Below, one piece after another: positions 24,369 through 38,561 of a DNA stretch of 64,000 nt. Origin of the DNA: Botryllus schlosseri. Its lineage: Eukaryota. Both the position numbers and the translations under genes were made by a program. Each line of letters opens with the position of its first letter. The first letter of the stretch is position 1. Where the stretch lies: positions 15,006,001-15,070,000 of the forward strand of contig CM119372.1 of the NCBI GenBank assembly GCA_051294905.1, given 5' to 3'. A model generated the notes under the pieces. That model saw only the letters and a program-made list of their open reading frames with translations, was not told the DNA's origin and ran no database searches.

Positions 24369-24925
24369 ACTTCTACGTGTCGGAGGTTATATGAGCTCCT
24401 CATCGCCGACGTCACTACAGTTCCAGTGACTTGAAAAGCCCAGGCAAAAAGTGGGCCGAGCTATATAAGTCGGCAACAACAAGAGACCATGAAGAAGCGA
24501 GCGTGACAGAGACTGCCTGAAGAGAAGAGTGCCTGAGAGAGTGCATGAACATTCGAGAGACGAAGAAATGCATTCATTGTACCGTATAACATGTAATGCC
24601 GTGAAGCACAAAGCCTTAAACAGGCTATAAGCACCACTGATGTGAATCATAATAATAACTCGCGACACTGGCAAAATAGCATTGTTACAAATTACGAGAG
24701 GTAGTCAGTAACGATGTCTTCCTACTCCTTCAGATTACTCATTAGGTATTGCCTACTTTCACACTTGTGGTTATCATTCTATTTCTACTTCACAGTTTTC
24801 ATTTGTTTATGTAAAACTAGGCCTAGTATACTAACTGTTTACTTACTTTTATGACGGTACTTCTACTTTTACATCAGCGCCAGCAATGATTTCTTCTACC
24901 ACCTCTACTCTACTTTACTCTATAC

Positions 24926-25377
24926 CAGTGTTGGGATGACTCGAGTCACCTTTTTCGTATGACTTGACTTGACTCGAGTCACTTTGCTAAAATGACTTGA
25001 CTTGACTTGACTCGGCGTATCAGAAAAGCGGATTGACTCGTGACTCGGAGCAAAATTCACGAGTCAATTTCAAGTCATCAAGCAATCGAGGTCGATAAAA
25101 TCACTCTATCTTGCATATCGTCGGATTGTTCGAGAAACGCTGGTGTAACCCGTCAAAGCGACCAACCATTCAATGATCGTACGTTTTACTGAAACTCCAT
25201 TGTTCTCTCACACTTGACTTGACTTCAATTGTGACTTGACTCGTGACTTGACTTGACTTGACTCGACTTGACTCAAGTGAACTTCAAAAATCGATTGACT
25301 TGACTTGACTCGAGTCAAAATCTGCGATGACTCGAAATAACTTGTGGCTCAAAGGTAGTGACTTGATCCCAACACTG
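24926..25377. mobile_element. Internally deleted CAGTGTTGGGA-family MITE (copy at 35425-35876)
   Basis: TIRs plus perfect TSD ctctatac. Confidence 0.9.
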
Positions 25378-25586
25378 CTCTATACTAGACTTCCATATCC
25401 CAATTACTTTTGATAAGATTGATACCGTACTGTCTCTAATTCATTATACCGACTATCTGGATAAGGCGGATGGTGTATGTCATTGAATGTGATTCGGCAC
25501 ACATGAAATAGAATAGTTAAATAGCCGCACAATGAAATAAATCCGGAACAGTGCAAGTGATAAAAGTAATCAATCCAAAGTATTAC

Positions 25587-28062
25587 CATTGAAGAGTTTC
25601 CGCTACTTGGATGCGGAGTTTGACTTGTGGACGGGTAATTCTGAAACAATAAAACGTAGGGCGATATTGGAAATTTCTGTGTAAAGCAATGGGCAATGGA
25701 CATCTATGACAAAAAGTTTAAACGCCTCAACGTAATATCATATAAATTAAATGTTCCAGTATGCGAATCACATAATCACTATAATGTGATCCAGAAAATG
25801 AAATTGCTTATGGAAAATAAAATTCCGTTCTGACTTCTTTCCAAACGTTGGGTGGTTTGCTTTTTTCGACGCAAAGAATGTCCTTAACAGAATCAAAGGA
25901 AAATTCTGATCAATAGCAATTCAAGCAATCGTAATATTATTTCAGTAACCATTTTTGAGGCAGCTTTATGAATGTCGATTTCCGATTCGGAATCTGTGTC
26001 AGACGGAATCTATAAATCTACACAAACGTAAGATGCTTGGTTACATTTAATAATAAGACGTCAGTATGTAAACCATTGCTAAGAAAAGAATGAGATTTCA
26101 AGACTTCAACGTTTGGCTGATTCAAAAGTTATGAAGTGAGCCCGTGTTATCAGACAATTTACGAGTAAAATCAGATTTGTTAAATCGCTAATACAATGTG
26201 GGGTAAGGAAAAAATTCTCCGATGACTAGTTCATTTCAAAGCTTCAAAGTAACGCCAAAAGGATATGTGAAACGGCAATAATTCAAATTCGCAAGGACTG
26301 CAGATAATCTAATATGTCAACCTTACAATCATTAAGTTGTCTAGGCAATATAAAAATATACCGTTATTCGTTCAATAGGTTCGGCTGTTCCAAATATCTC
26401 GACATTGAGTGTGTTGTCAACCTGTAAATCAAAGATTTGTCTTCATTTAATTGCAATTCATGCCACCGTATCATTAATTCAATAACCATTTCCGAAGCGA
26501 CAATTTCAATTCCGATTCTGATTTCAGACTCCATATCCGACTGAATCTGTAAAGTATATAAAGTGCCCAAAAGTAAAATGATTGGTCATACATTTGAAAA
26601 GGAATACTTCAATACATAAACGATTGCTTAATAACAAAACACTGGGATTTCAAACATTCAGCGTTTGGTCGATTCTTAAGTTATGAAGTATTAAGTCAGT
26701 CCATATTTTATCAAAACATGTTTCGGGCAAAGACTGATTTGTTAACCGGTAAATATAGTGTGAGCAGTAGAAAAGGCCAGGGAGAAACTTTTAACCGATA
26801 ATTACATCGTTTCAAAACCTCAAAGTATCGACAAAGGGTACGTGAGACGGCAACTATTTGAATTCGCAAGGACGGGGTGTCATAACATGTCGGCCGTACA
26901 ATCATTGACAAGAATTAGTTGGAACGATAAATTGTTTACAGAAAATAAATCAATTCTCACTTGTTCCAAAGGACCGGGAGATTTGTGTGCGTCAACGTTC
27001 ACAACATTTTCTACCTGTGAATAAAAGGCAAATTTCGATCAATTTCAATTCATGACGTCGTAATATTATGTCAGATCATCTGTGAAGCGATGTTGTCAAT
27101 CGCAATTTCTCATTTAACAAGGACTACTTCAATATATAAACGATAATAATATATAAATATAATAATATATAAACGAATATAATGGAATTCCAAACCTTGA
27201 TCCTTCAGTTTATTATGAAGTTATTAAGTATAGAGTCCGTGTTATCAGACAACCTTTGATCGGAAACTGATTCGATAAAAAAACTGCTTACTATAATAAT
27301 AGTTAGAACGATAAACTGTCAACAGAAAATAAACTCAACTCTCACCGTTTTCAATGGTTCGGCGAATTTGTAAATTACACCGTTCGCAATATCTTCTACC
27401 TGTGAATCAAAAGTAAATTTCGATCAGTTGTAATTCATAGCATCTTAATATTATTTCAGTAACCAGCTCTGAAGCGACGTTGTGAATCGCAATTCCTAAC
27501 TCAGATTCTTGATCCGGCAGAATCTATAAAGTGACACAAAAGTAAGATGATTGGTCCAATTTGAAAAGGGATACTTCAATATATAAGCGATTTCCAAGTA
27601 TCAAATAACGGAATTTCAAAGCCTTCGGCTTTATTATACAATTATCAAGTTGAGTCGATGTTATCAGAAAATTTGTGAACAAAACTGATTTGTTAAAAAG
27701 TTGATATAGTTTGTGCGGAAGGGTTCGAAACGGCTCATCCAATAACTAGATAATTACAAAGCATGAAAGCACCGTCAAAAGATATGTAAAATTGAAATAC
27801 TTTGAATTCCGATGGACTTGAAATCATAACAAATTGTCCACTAAACAACAGCTATAACAAGTTACAGAAAATAAAATCAATTTTTACCTGTTCCAATGGT
27901 TCGGTTAATTCGTTTAATGCGTCGTTCACAGCATCCTCTACCTGTGAATCAAAAGCAAATTTTGATCAATTAATTCATAAGATCGTAATATCATTTAGTA
28001 ACCAGCCGGGATGAAATGCTGTGAACCGCGATTACGAATTCAGATTCTTGATCCGGCAGAAT
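25587..28062 (-). CDS. Putative host gene segment made of tandemly repeated micro-exon pairs
   Basis: About five degenerate units of 400-550 bp. Phase-0 exons with AG/GT ends at 28003-28062, 27888-27941, 27464-27523, 27346-27399, 26961-27014, 26487-26546, 26362-26421, 25950-26009 and 25587-25640; all are stop-free. Confidence 0.55.
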
Positions 28063-28691
28063 CTATAAAAGTGGTACAAAAGTAAGACGATTGGTCACAT
28101 TTGAAAAGAAAGACGTAGTAAAGCGGCTACAATGACTAGACTACTTCAACATGTCCATGGCGACTGCAGGTTAATTGCGCCAAATTCACTAAAACCAGAT
28201 GGGATCTATGGGGGCCTGCGAAAAGGGCAGTGCGAAGAGAAAGGGGCTGAGAACCATTAAAATAGGCCAGTGTTGGGTGATATCGCCCCCACTGGGTAAT
28301 GTGTGACAAGCTGTTGGGCGGAAATAAATAAAGGGACCGATCGGGGGTGTTAATGCTTGAACATTTAGTCAGAGGTGGTTAATGACCCTGCAACCGGATA
28401 TCGGCACAAAATATACACGAAAACGGTAAACTCCTCACAAACTATCCTCAGATACCGAGATCACCGCGGAAAGTTGACATATTTTTAGTGAATTTACCAG
28501 CGTTCAGATTTAGCTGTATAAAATTCCCGTATTCCCTTTAATATGTCCCCTTTCTCGGATCCGAAAATAAGGGGGCAATGAATATATGTCGAGCTTGAGA
28601 AGTGGGGCGATGAGTGGAAAAAGGTTGGGAACCACTGGATTAGACCATTGTGATGATTAATTTTGTAGTTAATTTTTATTTAAATACTTTG

Positions 28692-30844
28692 CAGAGGTGG
28701 TCGGTAAAAATTACTTCTACTTTTTCTACTACTTGTAATACTTACTTGGCTAACCTAATTTTCAGCTGCTACTACTTTGTGGTATTTTTTAATTTACCTA
28801 ATTACTTCTGTCATTTTCAGTCGGTCAAGTAAAATTAGTATATTCCTTCAATTAGAGAGACTGAGGAATTTCGGAGCTGTTTTCACGGCGTACCAACAAA
28901 AATTTAATTTTCACAAAAGTTTCACGCAAAGTAGGTATGGAGTGACAAATGTGTTTTCACTCAAGTATCGGTGAATATAATTGCTTAGTTCATCTCACGT
29001 CGCATTGTCGTCCACATGACATGTTTCATCACATATGACCAGAGGTGGTCAAAGTAGTCAAGAAAGCTACTCAAGCAGAAGTAAAAGTATCGACGAAAAA
29101 ATCTACTCAAGTACGAGTAGAAGTACTGTCTCCATAAGCAACCTAAAACCGCTTGAAGTAGAAGTAGAATTGACTGATTTCAAAAGTACTCAAGTAAGTA
29201 AGTAGTTGTGATAACGATTCTAATTCGTTCACATGGATTGTAAAAAGGTGCAAATTGAGCATTGCGAAAGGTGACGAGCATGGTTCATATTGATGCATAC
29301 CAGCAGATATCCAATTTTCGATAGCATCATGGGATGAAAATGATAGTATTGATGTGGAAATACGATACTAATCCTCTGTTTCCTCGAACAGCCCGTTTTA
29401 GAAACAGCATGGTATGGCGCCATCCCCCATATTATAACGCCCGTAGTTTAGTCGAAGAGCAATACGGAGAAGTGGTATAGCATACGGTGTAAACACTTTA
29501 CGCGATTAGTAAACGTTAATAAAAGATATGGTGGACCGTAAAAATGCCATATTGTGTAGCTTTATTTGCGTAAATTAAAGGCAATGATACACTTGCTTTA
29601 TACTTCAACATGTATGTTAACCAGACAAAAGAACCGATAGTAATTAAAACTCAAAGTACAAGACACTGGGAGTTGAAAGTGAAACATAAATACTACTTAT
29701 AAAAGCGGAACATCTAATTCATGCCTTCAGCCCAAAAGTTTAAAGGTGGTATGCTAAAACAGCTCTAAAACTAACAAAAAAAGTCAGAGTCCACTTTTCC
29801 AGGTTAGGACACGCCATGGACATGCTAAATTACGATATGACAAGTAAATGCTAGATTGCGAAACATCAGATTCAAACGTTATGATGAGCCATATATACTG
29901 AGATGAATTATTTCATATGGGCGAAATTATATTCATCGATACTTTCGTGAAATCATACGGATCACTTCGTATCCACTGCGCGCAAAGCGCGACGAAAATT
30001 CTGGGCTTTACCAAACTTTTATGAAAATTAAATGTTGATAATCCGTGAAAACAGCCCCGAAATTCCTCAGGATATCTTCCTACTTCTACTTGACAAACTG
30101 AAAATAGAGAAAAGTAAGTAAGTAGATCACAAAATATTATGAAGTAGAAGTAGAAGTAGCGAAAATCAGATCTACTTGAGTAAGTACCACAAGTAGAGGA
30201 AAACTACTTGAGTACTTCGAAAAAGTAGAAGTACTTCGTTACTGACCACCTCTGCATATGACTCATCAAAACGGTTGTCGCTACCGTTTCACAAACTATA
30301 ATTTACCTATTGTATCGTAATCTAGCAGCACGCGGCCTGTCCTAATCTGAAAAGTTGTCTTAAACCTTTTTGAGCGTTAGACTTGTTTTAGCAGACCACC
30401 GTTGAACTTTCTGGACAAAAGAGATGAAATATATTTCCGCTTTTTAAAAATGGTATTTGCATTCTCGTTTAATTTGCATCATCATTACTTTGAGTTCTTC
30501 TAATTCATTTCAGTCCTTTTGTCTGGAGAATATACATGATTAAGCTTAAAATCTGTATTTTCAGAAAGTAATAGTACAGTCTATGACATTTTTTACGGTC
30601 CGCCATAGTTTTTATTGCATGCCATGACATATTCTGAAACGGGGTGTTCCGGTAAACAAATTATAACAATCGATTTTCCATAGAAAAACTTTCACTACGA
30701 TCCCGTATGATGCGGTCGCATGCTTATGCTGTCGACGATTCAAAGCCTACGATTTGGGTTGCATCAATATGAGTCAAGCTTCTCTTCCCTCTCCGAATAG
30801 CTCAACTTGAGTCGCTACTTTTATTTCTACTTTGACCACCTCTG
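28692..30844. mobile_element. hAT-type element, CAGAGGTGGTC family (AGTA/TACT repeats), outer copy (duplicate at 39191-41343)
   Basis: TIR cagaggtggtc / gaccacctctg; imperfect tacttt flanks. Confidence 0.75.
29040..30254. mobile_element. CAGAGGTGGTC-family element nested in inverted orientation inside a relative (duplicate at 39539-40753)
   Basis: TIRs plus perfect TSD catatgac. Confidence 0.9.
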
Positions 30845-31465
30845 TACTTTTCCATCCATCCACAAGTTCAATTTCACTTCAAGTCTCCAAAAACAATGGT
30901 GAATTTGAAATCAAAGCCTTACTCAGACAAATATTGTTCTTTTCAGCGCCTCAATGTAGAAAGATTTCTACAATAATATTGGTATAGGTCCGACAGGCTG
31001 GATTACGAAGTCCGTATGCGGATCAGAGTTGGATCAATTACGATATTTTAATTCAATTACAATTACTTCCTTGCATGTTTCAATTACATTACAATTACAA
31101 TTACTCAATGCTAAAAATATCAAATTACAATTACAATTACAATTACTTTTAAACAGGTAATTGCTACAGTAAAGAGGTGTTCTTTGACAACCGTAGCGAC
31201 GTAACTAGCAACAATCTCAAGCTATTCATGTTCCATTCCTGATATGTAGAATACCCTTTAATTAAAAAAAAAACTCGAACGTATTCGAACTATTCCTAAT
31301 CATGAGTACTGAAAACTACAAGCACAGAAAAATGTTTCAAGCGACTGTTAAGAACCACAGGTTTGAGCGACTAACAGCGAATAGGCTACAGGACAGTCAA
31401 TGTAATGTAATAAACGATTGGGCTACTCAGAGCTGAGTCATTTTTTTCTATTTGTCGAATGTTAA

Positions 31466-33033
31466 TGTTATGTTCGTGCATTTTACGTTGGTATCGTTTG
31501 TTTCTTGTTTGTCTAGGATTAGTAATTACCGCCAATCATTATTTCCTCGTGTGTCGTTCTTCGTATTTATACCCTGTGTTCTGTTGTCTCGTGGTCATTT
31601 CATTTAACTGAACTCTGGATCGTGTCGCCTGTATTGAAGTTATACTGCTGGTAATATACTGATTTCGTATTGCAACCTCGTCGTATTGAGTTATTGTTCG
31701 AACAAGATTAGAACATAACAATTGGTGTCAGAAGTCGGATTCATAGTTATTTCTGCGACGAAGATAAGCATGGATTCAGGTATACAGAAGATTCTTGAGA
31801 TGCAGCAAGAGATGATGGTGCAACAACAAGCAAAGCATGCCGAGGCAATGGCAAAAGTCATGACAGAAATGGCGCAATTGACGCAGAGGTTGAATCCCGG
31901 TGCGTCAACATCTGAAGCAGCCGCTCCCAAGTTTGATTCGTTCGCAAAATCAAAAGAGAAATGGGACCAGTATCTGCAACGATTCAACCATCACCTTGCA
32001 ATTTACGGCATTTCCAACATGGAGAAGAAAAGAGCGTGTCTACTCTCATGGGTCGGACCTGAAACGTACTCGCTTCTACGTAATTTGTTTGGTGCTGCTG
32101 ATGTCAGTGCGCAAACCTTCGATGCGTTGACTGAGAAGTTGTCTACACACTTCAAGGACTCAATTCATGTGCAGGCAGCCAGGTACGAATTTTACAATTG
32201 CAAAATGCAGCCGGGACAATCATACGCCGATTGGATCGCTACTCTACGCGGAATCTCCAAGGATTGCAACTTCATATGCTCAAGAGATGGCTGTGATCAG
32301 AGCTACGTTGATGAGCTAATGCGCGATCTCATCATTAAAGAAACGCCGCACGCGGATGTGAGACGGCATTGTCTAACACAAACCAATCCATCCCTCGACG
32401 ACTTTCTCAAAGTAGCCGCAACACACGTGAGAACGCTGGAAACCGATAGGGTTATCCAGGGCCAGAGTAGCGGTAAAGACACTTCCATCGTCAACAAAAT
32501 GACGGGAAGTTATCAGAAGGGGAGAAAACCTTCCAAATCCATTCAAGGCAACTTCCCGGAAAGACTGAAATCCTGTAGCCGCTGTTTCATCGATCACCAG
32601 AGAAAAGACTGTCAATATCGACATGCAGTATGTCAGAAATATGGTCGTAAAGGTCATATCAAACCTGTGTGCATGTCTACCAAACCTAGTATCACGCAGC
32701 AGGTCACATCCGTCAATTTCTGCTCAGTACCGCTCCTCTCCTTCGACATCGATCAACTATATCGACGCGTATAGGAAACCAGCTCTGGATCAACTCCAGC
32801 ATCAACGGTATTCCGTTGCCGGCACAGTGGGACACTGGTGCACCCTCCGCCATGGTGGGATTGACTGGGTACAAAACTTTGGGCTCCCTGAATCTCTCAG
32901 CATACCATTGCTCTTTCGTAGCGTACGGCGACAAGCCTTTGAAAGTGAAAGGTATTTGCACTGTAACTGTGCAGGTGGGTTCTGAAGTTCGAGTTGGCTT
33001 GAAATTGGTAGTTCTCGACGAACACCGTGGGCA
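31466..33033 (+). mobile_element. Duplicated 5' part of the Gypsy element (LTR 31466-31720, PBS, gag, protease start), truncated at the duplication junction
   Basis: Matches 41965-43532; gag ORF 31722-32774. Confidence 0.95.
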
Positions 33034-36000
33034 GGGCCTGCAACCGTTTGGAAATTCTCCCTACGAACCGACAATTGCAGTGGCATTTGAAGTAATAAAT
33101 TACGTTACTTTGCTGTGAAGCCGGGAAAACGTCCTTTTGGGTCGCAAGAAACATTGGTATCGTAGTGAAGACAATAATGTTTTTTACCGTTGGAAAACAA
33201 CAGAACACAGCTGAAGTTAGCTGTTTCTCAAATCCATGAGAAACCGGGTCGATCTAAGGTAGGCCTACTACATGGATGTGTATATTCCTACTTTCGCGAG
33301 AAACTTCTTCGGAAGTACCTTGTGGTTTACTATCATTATTATCATCTATAGGTCGTGTTTTGTCATGATCAATAGGCAATGTTGAGTAATAGCATATTTT
33401 CTTATGAATGAGTAAAGGCCAAATTTAAGAATTAGTTGTAGCTAAACGTCACATATGGACGACGAACTTACCTAACGTAACATCCCAAGAATCGAATCTT
33501 CCAGGTAGAGCACTGAAAGTAATAAACATAATGGAATTGCCAATTTAAAACCCTACTCGTCATTATTATCACTTCATTTCCGTTTTGACTTTCTAGGATG
33601 TTTATAATAACCGAAACCCTTTAAACTGTGGGCCCTGAGGCCGGATTACTGCGCCAGCAACAAAGTATATAAAAGAAAACATGAAGATCGTGTTTAAATA
33701 TTTTAATAAAACTTTGATCAAGTTGCTGCATTATTATTTTTTACAGCGTTTGTTTTGCCTCTTGTGGGCCGCACAAAATGATGCCGCAGCAACCTAAAAA
33801 TGTTACAGCCGCCGCTGGACTTCGTATCCTCTTTTGTTAATGCAACAGCTCTCATCCTGAAGAAAATTCTGCTCTGATTGATTTCTTTTTTTCTCGTTCT
33901 TTCGCAATTCTTTATTGTTTTCTTTTCTTTAAAGGCTTTCTTCAATTTCTTTCGCATCGAATCCTTAAATTGTTCACTCAACATTATACAAATGATAGAG
34001 CGGTGCTGCTAGCAAGGGCTGGGCAAAATCGAGTACCTGAGTGATTCGATTCTGAATCACGTATTACGCTTCAAGTCGAGTATTCGAGTATCACTCATTA
34101 TGACGTCATAACAGTATGTACTATGTCAAAGTTCAAATATGTACCTTTTATGTCACCACAAAGGACTCAATGTCTGTTATCCATCACATTAAAGATACTT
34201 TGGTATTTTTTCGACCATGCCGATTTCATGACTTCGGAAATGTGTTATTTCCAGTAACGTTCGTAGCTTTGTACTATGTCTTGTATCAGGGATATCTAGA
34301 CTAGTAGTCTAGAAATCCCTGTCTTGTATGCTGCGATACGGCCAATCAAGGTTTCAGGGCTTCCTCAGTGGAAAATAGCATCAAAACTATAATTCTCATT
34401 AGAAAATTTGCTTTCAGTATCGAGGAGCGTATAATTTCAGTACTCGAAAAAAATCGTTTTTACTACTCGACTCGAATCATTAAAATAAATGCTCGATTCA
34501 GATTCGAGTACTCGAATCATTGTGCCCAGCCCTACAGCAATGTGACTCCAGTATCTTTACCAAAGAAAATGGTTGCCCGACTTATGAGCATGCGACACAA
34601 TGAAAAACGACAGTTAAGCATGCGACGCTATAGCAGGAGGATGCATTAGAATGGTAACAGGAGCACAGGAACACATGAACATGCTGTGCTGATGTGTCTA
34701 CATGCCCACGAGTCGCATGCTCAAGTGTCGCTTGCTATTGTGTCACATGCTAATATGTGCAAGGACCACCAGTTTTTATTCGCGACACTTGAGAAGCGAG
34801 TGGCGCAGTTGGTTAAGCGCCAGCGTCACGACATCAATGGCAGTGGTTCGTACCCCGGTTCGGACTAACTTCTACGTGTCGGAGGTTATATGAGCTCCTC
34901 ATCGCCGACGTCACTACAGTTCCAGTGACTTGAAAAGCCCAGGCAAAAAGTGGGCCGAGCTATATAAGTCGGCAACAACAAGAGACCATGAAGAAGCGAG
35001 CGTGACAGAGACTGCCTGAAGAGAAGAGTGCCTGAGAGAGTGCATGAACATTCGAGAGACGAAGAAATGCATTCATTGTACCGTATAACATGTAATGCCG
35101 TGAAGCACAAAGCCTTAAACAGGCTATAAGCACCACTGATGTGAATCATAATAATAACTCGCGACACTGGCAAAATAGCATTGTTACAAATTACGAGAGG
35201 TAGTCAGTAACGATGTCTTCCTACTCCTTCAGATTACTCATTAGGTATTGCCTACTTTCACACTTGTGGTTATCATTCTATTTCTACTTCACAGTTTTCA
35301 TTTGTTTATGTAAAACTAGGCCTAGTATACTAACTGTTTACTTACTTTTATGACGGTACTTCTACTTTTACATCAGCGCCAGCAATGATTTCTTCTACCA
35401 CCTCTACTCTACTTTACTCTATACCAGTGTTGGGATGACTCGAGTCACCTTTTTCGTATGACTTGACTTGACTCGAGTCACTTTGCTAAAATGACTTGAC
35501 TTGACTTGACTCGGCGTATCAGAAAAGCGGATTGACTCGTGACTCGGAGCAAAATTCACGAGTCAATTTCAAGTCATCAAGCAATCGAGGTCGATAAAAT
35601 CACTCTATCTTGCATATCGTCGGATTGTTCGAGAAACGCTGGTGTAACCCGTCAAAGCGACCAACCATTCAATGATCGTACGTTTTACTGAAACTCCATT
35701 GTTCTCTCACACTTGACTTGACTTCAATTGTGACTTGACTCGTGACTTGACTTGACTTGACTCGACTTGACTCAAGTGAACTTCAAAAATCGATTGACTT
35801 GACTTGACTCGAGTCAAAATCTGCGATGACTCGAAATAACTTGTGGCTCAAAGGTAGTGACTTGATCCCAACACTGCTCTATACTAGACTTCCATATCCC
35901 AATTACTTTTGATAAGATTGATACCGTACTGTCTCTAATTCATTATACCGACTATCTGGATAAGGCGGATGGTGTATGTCATTGAATGTGATTCGGCACA

Positions 36001-36085
36001 CATGAAATAGAATAGTTAAATAGCCGCACAATGAAATAAATCCGGAACAGTGCAAGTGATAAAAGTAATCAATCCAAAGTATTAC

Positions 36086-38561
36086 CATTGAAGAGTTTCC
36101 GCTACTTGGATGCGGAGTTTGACTTGTGGACGGGTAATTCTGAAACAATAAAACGTAGGGCGATATTGGAAATTTCTGTGTAAAGCAATGGGCAATGGAC
36201 ATCTATGACAAAAAGTTTAAACGCCTCAACGTAATATCATATAAATTAAATGTTCCAGTATGCGAATCACATAATCACTATAATGTGATCCAGAAAATGA
36301 AATTGCTTATGGAAAATAAAATTCCGTTCTGACTTCTTTCCAAACGTTGGGTGGTTTGCTTTTTTCGACGCAAAGAATGTCCTTAACAGAATCAAAGGAA
36401 AATTCTGATCAATAGCAATTCAAGCAATCGTAATATTATTTCAGTAACCATTTTTGAGGCAGCTTTATGAATGTCGATTTCCGATTCGGAATCTGTGTCA
36501 GACGGAATCTATAAATCTACACAAACGTAAGATGCTTGGTTACATTTAATAATAAGACGTCAGTATGTAAACCATTGCTAAGAAAAGAATGAGATTTCAA
36601 GACTTCAACGTTTGGCTGATTCAAAAGTTATGAAGTGAGCCCGTGTTATCAGACAATTTACGAGTAAAATCAGATTTGTTAAATCGCTAATACAATGTGG
36701 GGTAAGGAAAAAATTCTCCGATGACTAGTTCATTTCAAAGCTTCAAAGTAACGCCAAAAGGATATGTGAAACGGCAATAATTCAAATTCGCAAGGACTGC
36801 AGATAATCTAATATGTCAACCTTACAATCATTAAGTTGTCTAGGCAATATAAAAATATACCGTTATTCGTTCAATAGGTTCGGCTGTTCCAAATATCTCG
36901 ACATTGAGTGTGTTGTCAACCTGTAAATCAAAGATTTGTCTTCATTTAATTGCAATTCATGCCACCGTATCATTAATTCAATAACCATTTCCGAAGCGAC
37001 AATTTCAATTCCGATTCTGATTTCAGACTCCATATCCGACTGAATCTGTAAAGTATATAAAGTGCCCAAAAGTAAAATGATTGGTCATACATTTGAAAAG
37101 GAATACTTCAATACATAAACGATTGCTTAATAACAAAACACTGGGATTTCAAACATTCAGCGTTTGGTCGATTCTTAAGTTATGAAGTATTAAGTCAGTC
37201 CATATTTTATCAAAACATGTTTCGGGCAAAGACTGATTTGTTAACCGGTAAATATAGTGTGAGCAGTAGAAAAGGCCAGGGAGAAACTTTTAACCGATAA
37301 TTACATCGTTTCAAAACCTCAAAGTATCGACAAAGGGTACGTGAGACGGCAACTATTTGAATTCGCAAGGACGGGGTGTCATAACATGTCGGCCGTACAA
37401 TCATTGACAAGAATTAGTTGGAACGATAAATTGTTTACAGAAAATAAATCAATTCTCACTTGTTCCAAAGGACCGGGAGATTTGTGTGCGTCAACGTTCA
37501 CAACATTTTCTACCTGTGAATAAAAGGCAAATTTCGATCAATTTCAATTCATGACGTCGTAATATTATGTCAGATCATCTGTGAAGCGATGTTGTCAATC
37601 GCAATTTCTCATTTAACAAGGACTACTTCAATATATAAACGATAATAATATATAAATATAATAATATATAAACGAATATAATGGAATTCCAAACCTTGAT
37701 CCTTCAGTTTATTATGAAGTTATTAAGTATAGAGTCCGTGTTATCAGACAACCTTTGATCGGAAACTGATTCGATAAAAAAACTGCTTACTATAATAATA
37801 GTTAGAACGATAAACTGTCAACAGAAAATAAACTCAACTCTCACCGTTTTCAATGGTTCGGCGAATTTGTAAATTACACCGTTCGCAATATCTTCTACCT
37901 GTGAATCAAAAGTAAATTTCGATCAGTTGTAATTCATAGCATCTTAATATTATTTCAGTAACCAGCTCTGAAGCGACGTTGTGAATCGCAATTCCTAACT
38001 CAGATTCTTGATCCGGCAGAATCTATAAAGTGACACAAAAGTAAGATGATTGGTCCAATTTGAAAAGGGATACTTCAATATATAAGCGATTTCCAAGTAT
38101 CAAATAACGGAATTTCAAAGCCTTCGGCTTTATTATACAATTATCAAGTTGAGTCGATGTTATCAGAAAATTTGTGAACAAAACTGATTTGTTAAAAAGT
38201 TGATATAGTTTGTGCGGAAGGGTTCGAAACGGCTCATCCAATAACTAGATAATTACAAAGCATGAAAGCACCGTCAAAAGATATGTAAAATTGAAATACT
38301 TTGAATTCCGATGGACTTGAAATCATAACAAATTGTCCACTAAACAACAGCTATAACAAGTTACAGAAAATAAAATCAATTTTTACCTGTTCCAATGGTT
38401 CGGTTAATTCGTTTAATGCGTCGTTCACAGCATCCTCTACCTGTGAATCAAAAGCAAATTTTGATCAATTAATTCATAAGATCGTAATATCATTTAGTAA
38501 CCAGCCGGGATGAAATGCTGTGAACCGCGATTACGAATTCAGATTCTTGATCCGGCAGAAT
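36086..38561 (-). CDS. Duplicate of the micro-exon-pair array
   Basis: 25587-28062 shifted by 10,499. Confidence 0.55.

Larger units (their letters stand above)
22535..33033 (+). repeat. Tandem segmental duplication, copy 1 (10,499 bp)
   Basis: All ORFs recur with an offset of exactly 10,499; one difference spotted (T22818 vs A33317). Confidence 0.97.

Noticed and set aside
24150..24690. Solo LTR (TATA box, AG-rich tract, tgttaca end)
   Set aside because: No clean matching TG start, TSD or independent second copy outside the duplication.
32897..33208. Novel protease/GIY-YIG fusion ORFs at the junction
   Set aside because: These are chance chimeras of opposite-strand fragments created by the duplication breakpoint.
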